Source: Octopus sinensis | Taxonomy: Eukaryota | Length of the DNA stretch: 64,000 bases | Assembly: GCF_006345805.1 (NCBI RefSeq) | Contig: NC_042997.1 | Location: forward strand, 30,690,001-30,754,000 | Reading direction: 5' to 3' | In this document: positions 54,467 through 64,000 of the stretch, piece by piece | Layout of the letters: each line of letters begins with the position of its first letter | How positions within the stretch are numbered: position 1 is the stretch's first letter | The notes under the pieces: generated by a model | What the model was told of the DNA's origin: nothing | Databases searched by the model: none | Seen by the model: the letters and a program-made list of their open reading frames with translations, nothing else | Position numbers and translations under genes: made by a program

Positions 54467-54751
54467 TTTTACCAATTTTTATTCATGTTTTTTTTTATAA
54501 TTACTGGTGTCGTGTAAAAGATTCGAGTGAGGTCGTTGCCAGTGCCGCCTGACTGGCCCTGTGCCGGTGGCACCTAAAAGCACCCACTACACTCTCGGAG
54601 TGGTTGGCGTTAGGAAGGGCATCCAGCTATAGAAACTCTGCCAGACCAAGATTGAAGCCTGGTGCAGCCATCTGGTTTGCCAGCCCTCAGTCATACGTCC
54701 AACCCATGCTAGCATGGAAAGCGGACGTTAAACGATGATGATACTATATAT

Positions 54752-55146
54752 AGGCGCAGGAGTGGCTGTGTGGTAAGTAGTTTGCTAACCAACCACTTGG
54801 TTCCGGGTTCAGTCCCACTGCGTGGCATCTTGGGCAAGTGTCTTCTGCTATAGCCCTGGGCCAACCAATGCCTTGTGAGTGGATTTGGTAGACAGAAACT
54901 GAAAGAAGCCTGTCGTATATATGTATGATAAGTTGTGTGTGTTGTGTGTCTGTGTTTGTCCCCCTAGCATTGTTTGACAACCGATGCTGGTGTGTTTACG
55001 TCCCCGTCACTTAGCAGTTCTGCAAAAGAGACCGATACAAGTACTGGGCTTACAAAGAATAAGTCCCAGGGTCGATTTGCTCGACTAAAGGCGGTGCTCC
55101 AGCATGGCCGCAGTCAAATGACTGAAACAAGTAAAAGAGTAAAAGA

Positions 55147-55147
<1 letters not shown>
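54752..55147 (+). mobile_element. tRNA-derived SINE family B with internal (TA)/(TG) microsatellite (representative copy)
   Basis: ggcgcaggagtggctgtgtggtaag (A-box-like)...gggttcagtccc (B-box-like)...actgaaacaagtaaaagagt. Further copies near 4585-4983(+), 8255-8630(+), 14745-15000(-), 17420-17830(+), 33322-33695(-), 62233-62621(-), plus many half copies. Confidence 0.88.
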
Positions 55148-55180
<33 letters not shown>

Positions 55181-55638
55181 TCATCATATATATATAATAT
55201 AATATAATATAATATAATTTAATGTAATATAGTATATAGCCCTGAGGTGGCAAGACCCTTGTGAGTGGATTTTGGAGAGAGAAACTGAAAAAAAACCCAC
55301 CATTTATAAATATATTCCCGTGTGTGTGTAGCTTTGTTATGAAAGTGTAATGTCATTAGAAGAATCTTGGAACTAGTCCAACAGGTCAACGTTTTATATC
55401 CTGTCGTAGGTGTCGATATCCAGAACAATTCTCAAATAAGCCTGTTACAGTTAAGTAGTAATAGTCACGGCAATGTAGTCTAACGCTAGATAAAGTGTCT
55501 GGCGATATAAGTTGCTTAAGAGTAATTCCTTTGAATGAATTAGTAATTTAAGTGGGCCACGAGATGCAAGTTAATGTAAAAATAGAATCTTAAATTTAAC
55601 TAGAATTAATTCAAGGTGAAAAATAAAGCCAATATTTA

Positions 55639-56027
55639 TCTTTATATATAGTTGTGTGTCTGTCTCAGACAATTTAGATTCCTTACTCCCACATTTTGCG
55701 GTGCAGTTTAACCAAAACCGGGTATCTTATAGTCGTGATTCATATCGAGCCCTTCTGGGTATTAGCGCGCGTCTACGATGAGTCTACGATTTAAAAAAAA
55801 AAATTACCATAATTTTTTTCCATTTTAATGCATTTTTTCGCTATTATATAAGGGAAGTAACTCTCTAAAAATGTCTACGATGAGTCAACGATTTTTTAAA
55901 AAAATTTACCATAATTTTTTTCCCATTTTTAATGCATTTTTTTGCTATTTTTTGGCTATAACTCTCTAAAAATGCTTATATAGTTATTTCCCTTACAAAT
56001 CCGAGCAACGCCGGGCGATACTGCTAG
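55639..56027 (+). mobile_element. Non-autonomous Helitron, complete
   Basis: A|TC start, subterminal hairpin (t)ccg-agcaacgc-cgg(g), CTAG|T end, no TSD; near-identical copy at ~3200-3550. Confidence 0.85.
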
Positions 56028-56485
56028 TTTGTAATAATTTTTAATTTCTTAAGCAAGCATGGGAAACAACTTCAGAAATATTTAAGTTTTCTTTCTGATC
56101 TCTTTAGCAAAATTTAGCTTCTCTAAATATGGAAATGTAGTGAAGAATTAATCTTTAAATACGACAAAAATGTGTATTCATTGGTAAAAAAGAAGAAAAT
56201 TGTTTCGAAATTAAATATTTTATATGTTTTCTGGCATAGTTAATTAAATATGTAACCAATATTTTCGGAGTTGCCTCCCTTCCTTCGTTGGACAATTCAA
56301 AATTATTTATTTTTCGTTTTTTGTTGACGGTTGGAATTTTGGTGTCTATACATGAAATAGGTTTATAATGACCACGTTGTTTTGTTGTTATCTTTTTTCA
56401 ACTTATAGTGAATTTCAGCTATTAAATCAGAAAATGTCTACTTCTTTAGGATGGCAGAGACTTACCAGTAACACTGGGACACACT

Positions 56486-56710
56486 GAGCTGGCAGAAACG
56501 TTAGCACGCCGGGCGAAATGCGTAGCCGTATTTCGTCTGCCGCTACGTTCTGAGTTCAAATTCCACCGAGGTCGACTTTGCCTTTCATCCTTTCGGGGTC
56601 GATAAATAAAGTACCAGTTACGCACTGGAGTCGATGTAATCGACTTAATCCCTTTGTCTGTCCTTGTTAGTCCCCTCTATGTTTAGCCCCTTGTGGGCAG
56701 TAAAGAAATA
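56486..56710 (+). mobile_element. SINE family C (representative copy)
   Basis: ctggcagaaacgttagcacgccggg...gagttcaaattcc...gcctttcatcctttcggggtcgataaa (resembles the Meta-SINE central domain). Copies near 16325-16520(+), 25590-25800(-), 35851-36040(-), 51750-51980(-), 57188-57400(+), 60517-60720(+). Confidence 0.85.
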
Positions 56711-56787
56711 TATTATAGCCAAAAAATGAGAAGTGTTGATAGTTGTTGATAGATAGTTGTTTTGATAGCAAGATGATACCGTCTATG

Positions 56788-57112
56788 ATGAGACCCCCTT
56801 CGGTCACAACACAGACCATGGGATTGCACCAAGAAAGTTACCCTCCAAAGCACAAGTCCAGGCAAGGTTGTTTATATAAAACCAGCAGTCGCCCATGCAT
56901 ACCGGCTTCTCCTCTCCACGCCACCAGTATTATCGGCAAGGGCCGATACAGCTTGGCACCTGTCACATCGCAACCCATTTCTACAACTGCGTGAACTGGA
57001 GCAATGTGAAATAAAGTGTCTTGCTCAAGTACACAACACGCAGCCCCATCTGGGATTCGAGTTCATAACCTCACGATCGTAAGCTCGACGCTCTAACCAC
57101 TGAGCCATGCAC
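56788..57112 (-). mobile_element. tRNA-derived SINE family E
   Basis: Minus strand begins gcatggctcagtggttagagcgtcgagc...gaactcgaatccc; related copies near 29330-29645 and 57910-58137. Confidence 0.8.
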
Positions 57113-57846
57113 CGTCTATGATATTGACAATTAAATAGCTGTAATGATAATAAAGGTCCAGATTTTGTCAATATTATAGTATCGTCAAGCTGGCGGAATT
57201 GCTAACATGTTGGACAAGAGGCTTAGCAGGATTTCTTCTGTCTCTTTATGTCCTAAAATCAAATTCTCTCAAGGTCAACTTTGCCTTTCATCCCTTTGGG
57301 GGGAGGGTTGATAAAATAAAGTACCAGACAAGTACAGGATCCAATGTAATCGGCTTAAACCATCCTCCAAAATTGCTGGCTTTATGCCAAAATTTGAAAC
57401 AGTCCCATCGTCGTCGTCCTCCTCCTCCTCCTCCACCTCATCATCATCATCACCCCACCACCACCACCATCCTCCTCCTCCCTCCCCTCCCCTCTTCCCC
57501 GTCCTCATTTTAACATCGACATTTCTATGGTTGTATGGGGTTTGGACAGTTTATTGAGGAAGATTTTCTACTGCTGCCAAACATATACATACATACATCC
57601 ATCCATTCATAGACAGTAATCTTTTTTTCAATTTCCAACTTTTCTTTTATTCTTTTACTTGTTTCAGTCATTTGACTGCGGCCATGCTGGAGCACCACCT
57701 TTAGTCAAACAAATTAATCACAGGTCTTATTCTTTGCAAGCCTAGAACTTATTCTATTGGTGTCTTGTACCAAACTACTAAGTTTTGGGGTTGTAAACAC
57801 ACCAGCAATGGTAAGGAGGACAAACACAGACACATAAACAGAAATG

Positions 57847-57889
<43 letters not shown>

Positions 57890-57893
57890 ATAT

Positions 57894-58554
57894 ATAGATC
57901 AAAGTAGCAAGGGTCCTCCTTGAGTCATGGGTTCATCAGCCAGTTTCCCAGATTTTGTGGTCCACATATATTGTCCACGGGACAGGAAGCTAGTCTGATG
58001 TAGGATTACTTATTTTTGTCCACTAAGTAGATTGGAGCAACTAGAAATGAAGTGTTTTGCTCAAAAACATAATGCATTATCCAGTTCAGGAAATGAAACC
58101 CAATCTAATAAACATGAGTGTATGCCTAACAACTAAGCGACAGGGTACTATTTAGATGGTTACAGTTTCACAAAATGACCTTGGTCAATTGTTTTCTACT
58201 ATAGCCTCAAGCTGATGAAAGCCTTTTTCATCAGCTTGAGGCTATAGTAGAAAACAATTGACCAAGGTCATTTTGTGAAACTGTAACCATCTAAATAGTA
58301 CCCTGTCGCTTAGTTGTTAGGGCATTACACTCATGTTCATTAGATTGGGTTTCATTTCCTGAACTGGATAATGCATTATGTTTTTGAGCAAAACACTTCA
58401 TTTCTAGTTGCTCCAATCTACTTAGTGGACAAAAATAAGTAATCCTACATCAGACTAGCTTCCTGTCCCGTGGACAATATATGTGGACCACAAAATCTGG
58501 GAAACTGGCTGATGAACCCATGACTCAAGGAGGACCCTTGCTACTTTGATCTAT
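57894..58554. repeat. Near-perfect palindrome, arms 327 and 329 bp, 5-nt spacer
   Basis: 57894-58220 is the reverse complement of 58226-58554 apart from about one substitution and two single-base indels; centre gctgatgaaa-gcctt-tttcatcagc. Confidence 0.95.
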
Positions 58555-60737
58555 TTTACAAGGACACTTTCCTCAGTAATTTGAGCATTGTTTAAATAAT
58601 TTGATACCAGTCAAACTCAATTCAAGTAGATGCCTTGTTTAGTTTGAGAATAATTTGTGTTGTGTGTGTGTGTGTTTGTTTGTGTAATGTGATACTTGAA
58701 ACTATTAGCTTACTTTAAAGGTGAATGCATATATAGATATTATTACATTCATTGTCAGATGATGTGTGATATCATCACATGACAAGTTACATGACAATTA
58801 AAGTGTTCTATCAAAACATCAAGAGAATTTCATTTTTCATATTTCATAGAGTCACTATTCAATGTAGAAATTATTGATATTTTCACTGTTGTTTCATATA
58901 TAAGAATCTCTTACTCTTTTACTCTTTTACTTGTTTCAGTCATTTGACTGTGACCATGCTGGAGCACTACCTTTAATTGAGCAGATGGACCTCAGGAATT
59001 ATTCTTTGGATGCCAAGTACTTATCCTATTGGTCTCTTTTGCCAAACTGCTAAGTTACGGGGACGTAATCACACCAAGCGATGTTGGGGGGGACAAACAC
59101 AGACACACAGACATATTCACACACAGACACACAAACACACACACACACACACATACGCACACACACAGCCACTCCTACACCCTTCTTAATTCTTTTATTC
59201 TTTTACATGTTTCAGTCATTTGACTGCAGCCCTGCTGGAGCACCACCTTAAAGAGTTCTAGTCGAAGAAATCGACCCCAGAACTTATTCTTTGTAAGCCT
59301 AGTACTTATTCTATTGGTCGCTTTTGCCAAACTGCTAAGTTATGGGAACGTAAGCATGCCAACATCAGTTGTCAAGTGATGGTGGCAGAGAAACAGAGAC
59401 ATACACACACACACACACACATCATCATCATCATCATCATCATTTAATGTCCTTTGTCCATGCTGGCATGGATAGGACAGTATGACCACGGCTGGCAAGC
59501 TGGGAGGCTGCATCAGACACCAGTCTGTTTTAGCATGGTTTCCACGGTTGGGTGCCCTTCCTAATGCCAACCACTCTGAGAGTGTAATGGGTGCTTTTAA
59601 ATGTCATTGGCACAGGTGCCATTTGTGTGACTCTGGTATCTGCCATGACTGTGATTTTACTTGGCTTGATGGGTCTTCTTCTCAAGCACAGCTTAATGCT
59701 AAATGGACTCGGTCATTGTCTTTATAAGGCCAACACTTGAAGCATGGCATAAAGCCAAATGGTCTCAGTCCTTGCCTCTGTGGAGCCCAATGCTCAAAAG
59801 GTGCTTTTACATGCCACTGGCACAGGTGACATTTGCGTGACACTGGTATCTGCTATGACTGTGATTTTACATACATACATATATATATACACACATACAT
59901 ATATATATGTGGAGGCGCAATAGCCCAGTGGTTAGGGCAGCGGACTCGTGGTTTCGATTCCCAGACCGGGCGTTGTGAGTGTTTATTGAGCGAAAACACC
60001 TAAAGCTCCACGAGGCTCCGGCAGGGGATGGTGGTGATCCCTGCTGTACTCTTTCACCACAACTTTCTCTCACTCTTTCTTCTGTTGGCCTGCTCGCTTA
60101 GCCAGCGGGGTGGCGTTATCTGAAGGCTAAAACAATGCGAAGCGCATTGTGACCAGCAATGTGTAGCAACATCTGATAGCCTGGTCGGTGATGATGATGG
60201 TGACATATATATATATATATGTATATACGATGGGCTTCTTTTAGTTTCCATCTACCAAATCCACTCATAAGGCTTTGGTTAGCCCAAGGGTATAGTAGGA
60301 GATACCTACCCAAGGTACTATACAGTAGGACTGAACCCAGAGCCATGTGGTTGGGAAGCAAGCTTTTTACTACACACCGAATAGTCAACACCTGTGCCTA
60401 ATAGTCAATATCTTTTTATCAAGGAGTGTCATTCAGTATCTGGGAACACAACTTGCTATTATTGAAACCTTCATTAGCACAGGTTCAGGCAACTTTTGAT
60501 TGCTGTTATTATTGGCAAGCTGGCAGAATTTTTATGGCACTGGATAAAATGCTTAGTGGTATTTGTTCTGGCTTCATGTTCCCTGGGTTCAAATCCTGCA
60601 GAGACTTAAATTGCTTTTCACCATTTTGGGGTCAGTAAAATAAGTACCAGTTGAGTACTGGGGTCAGTGTAATCAACTTACCCACTTCCCCTTAATTGCT
60701 GGCCTTGTGTCAAAATTTGAAACTATTATCATTATCA

Positions 60738-60779
<42 letters not shown>

Positions 60780-60914
60780 GATTATTATTATTATTAAGGT
60801 AGCAATATGGCAGTATCATTAGCACACTGGGTGAAATGCTTAATGGTATTTTGCCCACTGCTACATTCCGAGTTGAAATTCTGTTGAGGTAAACTTTATT
60901 TAACTATAATCATT

Positions 60915-61014
60915 AACCTGAAGATTGACTATAATTTAAAATTAAATTCATTTCAATTGAATTTAAACTTAATAGTAATTCGAATTTAATTGTAGCCATG
61001 AAACGTATATAGTT
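60915..61014 (+). ncRNA. Degenerate hammerhead motif with long AT-rich stem II
   Basis: aac-CTGAAGA-ttgactataatt...aattgtagccat-GAAA-cgtata-TA-gtt; several mismatches. Confidence 0.45.
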
Positions 61015-61271
61015 TTTTTAATTAATATATTATATATTGATCACTCATTTTTATACTTTTTGATATCTAGTTATAAGTTATATGTTTTATAAAAATATAT
61101 ATTATTTGTTATTAATGTATTGGTTTATGTCTATCAATGTTTGAGTTACATAATAGTGGTTTTATCTCTAATTTATATTTTATATATTTATACTGTGAAT
61201 TTGATTTTATACTAAATTGAATTTTTCCCTTTAAGTTTGGATTTATACTTCCTAATATTATTATTATTATA

Positions 61272-61324
<53 letters not shown>

Positions 61325-61547
61325 TATACTATATAAATTATATATATATATATACAATATACATACATATATTACATATATATATAATATATATATTTCT
61401 TAGATAAGTCATGAATTTCTTTTTAAAAGAATATTGTTGAATTTTGTTTGATTGTTATTGTAAAAATATTGATTTATTACTGTCAAAGTTTCTATCTGCC
61501 CTCTATACTCAGGGTTTAGCCCCTAAAGTGCTGTTGCTGGTTTAAAT

Positions 61548-62228
61548 CTTGAGAAGAAAGTTGGGCATATAAGGCATCAGATGTGGTGTGCAAGAGAAAC
61601 GACTGCATTGGTATGGTCATGTGATGCATATGGACAAGGACAGCTGCATAAAGAAATGCTGATCTCTAACTGTGGAGGGAACCTGTGGTAGAGGTAGACC
61701 CAGGAGACATGGGACAAGGTGGTGAAGCATGATCTTCAAATTTTGGTGGTATGCTGTGCATGAGAAAACCTGCCAAGCCAAGTGATATTGTAGTTGTGGG
61801 TGATGCTAGTGTCACATAACTGGCACCCATGTCGTTGTCACATAAAAGGCCCCTTTCAAGCATTGGGCCACATGGAAGCAAAACGGCTGATGCCAGTGGT
61901 ACATGAAAAGCTCCTTTAGAGTGTTGGGCCTCACAGAGGCAACGACCCAGGCCTTTGACATTATCGTGCTTGAGAAGAAGACCCACCAAACCAAGTAAAT
62001 TCACATTTGTGGCAGATACCAGTGTCATGCAAATGGTGGCCAAGCCGGGGACACATAAAAGCACCCATTACATTCTCAGAGTGGTTGGCATTAGGAAGGG
62101 CATCCAGCCATAGAAACCATGCCAGATCAGACTGGAGTCTGGTGCAGCCTTTCAGTTTGCCAGCCTTGGTCAAACCGTCCAACCCATGCCAGCATCTACA
62201 ATAGATGCTAAATGAGAATGATGATGAT
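61548..62228 (+). mobile_element. RTE-type LINE 3' fragment with the same tail
   Basis: LGI*GIRCGVQEKRLHWYGHVMHMDKDSCIKKC...GRGRPRRHG, homologous to 41326-41544, then the tail ending in (TGA)n. Confidence 0.8.
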
Positions 62229-62635
62229 ATACTCTTTTTTTACTCTTTTATTTGTTTCAGTCATTTGACTGTGGCCATGCTGGAGCACCGCCTTTAATCA
62301 AGTAACTCAACCCTGGGACTTATTCTTTTGTAAGCCCAGTACTTATTCTATCGGTCTCTTTTGCTGAACCGCTAAGTAACGGGGACATAAACACACCAGC
62401 ATCGGTTGTCAAGCAATGCTAGGGTGACAAACACAGACACACAAACACATATATATATACATATATATGACGGGCTTCTTTCAGTTTCCGTCTACCAAAT
62501 CCACTCACCAGGCTTTGGTCGGCCCGAGGCTATAGTAGAAGACACTTGCCCAAAGATGCCACGCAGTGGGACTGAACCTGGAACCATGTGGTTGGTAAGC
62601 AAGCTACTTACCACACAGCCAATCCTATATATAAT

Positions 62636-62672
<37 letters not shown>

Positions 62673-62775
62673 TATTTATATAATAAAGGGTTAAATTAAT
62701 TAATCAATTAATAATTAATAATTTTACCAAGTAGTTTGGTATGTGAAAAGAACCATTATCGGTAACCTTATACAA

Positions 62776-63161
62776 AAATTCTATAATTATAAGCATAATT
62801 ATAATTAGGGTTCTGCAAAATTTGCTTCACCACATACCGAAATTTAGAAATAGCAGTTAAATACTATTCCACTACCATAAGATATCTCCCAGACAGCAAA
62901 ACCCTACAACTCACGCAGGTGAAGAGAAAAAATAATGAATCAACCCAGCTTTGATTAACTATAAGCCGGGTGGATTTGTTATTTTTTCAATCAAAGCTGG
63001 GTGGATTCATTATTTTTTTTCTTTACCTGTGTGAGTTGTAGAGTATTGCTGTCTGCTTATGGTAGTGGAATAGTATTTAACTGCTATTTCTAAATTTCGG
63101 TATGTGGTGAAGCAAATTTTACTGAAATCTAATTATAATTATGCTTATAATTATAGAATTT
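62776..63161. repeat. Inverted repeat, arms about 175-180 bp, spacer about 32 nt
   Basis: aatttgcttcaccacataccgaaatttagaaatagcagttaaatactattccactaccataag and its reverse complement; related sequence at ~63540-63660 and ~50595-50710. Confidence 0.9.
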
Positions 63162-63454
63162 ATATATATATATATATATATCCGTCACCGTTACCGACCA
63201 GGCTATCAGATGTTGCTACACATCAGTGGTCACAATGCGCTTCACATTGTTTTAGCCTTCAAATGACGCCACCCTGGTGGCTAAGCGAGCAGGCCGACAG
63301 AAGAACAAGTGAGAGAAAGTTGTGGTGAAAGAGTACAGCAGGGATCGCCCCCCCCGCCACTGCTGGAGCCTCGTGGAGCTTTAGGTGTTTTCGCTCAATA
63401 AACACTCACAATGCCCGGTCTGGGAATCGAAACCGCGATCCTACAACCGGTTTT

Positions 63455-63488
<34 letters not shown>

Positions 63489-63703
63489 GTGTGTGTGTGT
63501 GTGTGGGTATATATATATATATATATATATAGTAAGCAATGAATTGCCTCACCACACACCGAATTTAGAAATAGCAGTCAAAGAGTTATAGCTATTCTTT
63601 CTACTAAAAGGGAGATCTCAGTAAAAACACAGCACTTGAAAGGCAAACCCAGACAGGTAAGAGAGAATGAAATGACGGCAATCTATTATACAATTTTAAG
63701 TCA

Positions 63704-63793
63704 CCTACGGACGTACGTTTCGAAATCAAGTTTAGGAAAGCATAAGAATTAGATACTTCTACCTTACCCAACTTCTTTTCTCATCAGCGTAGG
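63704..63793 (-). ncRNA. Type I hammerhead ribozyme, intact core
   Basis: CCTACG-CTGATGA-gaaa[stem II, 59 nt]tttc-GAAA-CGTACG-TC-CGTAGG: 6-bp stem I, canonical core, palindromic mini stem III, GUC triplet. Confidence 0.85.
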
Positions 63794-64000
63794 ATACTAC
63801 CATATGAATAATGTAATTAATTTTGAGATACTAGAAGGCATCATCTCAACTCAGTGTCAGAGCGAGCTAAAGCATTACCAGTACCACGAAATTCAAAGTG
63901 TGAATGAAAGTTTGTGTCACCAGCCCCCTTCCACCCGCGTGTAGCCAAGACAGATGCTGTGGTCATTTACTGGGATAAAATATGGTTATCAGTAACAATA

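Noticed and set aside
58211-58235. CTGATGA at the palindrome centre as a hammerhead
   Set aside because: It derives from a mutated SINE segment and has no hammerhead stems.

Overview
AT-rich, repeat-dense animal genomic DNA; the SINE, microsatellite and LINE landscape looks like an octopus or other coleoid cephalopod (inference). The only host gene I can support is the 5' end of MARCHF6 (RING-CH E3 ubiquitin ligase, Doa10 homologue) on the minus strand: coding exons at 36611-36635, 12610-12706 and 7138-7211, with the gene continuing left of the window. The rest is repeats: a decayed Helitron Rep/PIF1 element, non-autonomous Helitrons, a 5'-truncated Penelope-like element (GIY-YIG), RTE-type LINE ends, tRNA-derived SINEs, MITEs, 67-bp and 102-bp tandem arrays and several large inverted repeats. 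The main hidden signal is about eight minimal type I hammerhead ribozyme motifs of the Penelope-LTR kind. They include an intact copy, versions with a very long stem II, two U4C cores, and one with an apparent compensatory G3:C8 swap of the conserved C3:G8 pair. Most ORFs in the supplied track are microsatellite or SINE read-through. Repeat boundaries are approximate.
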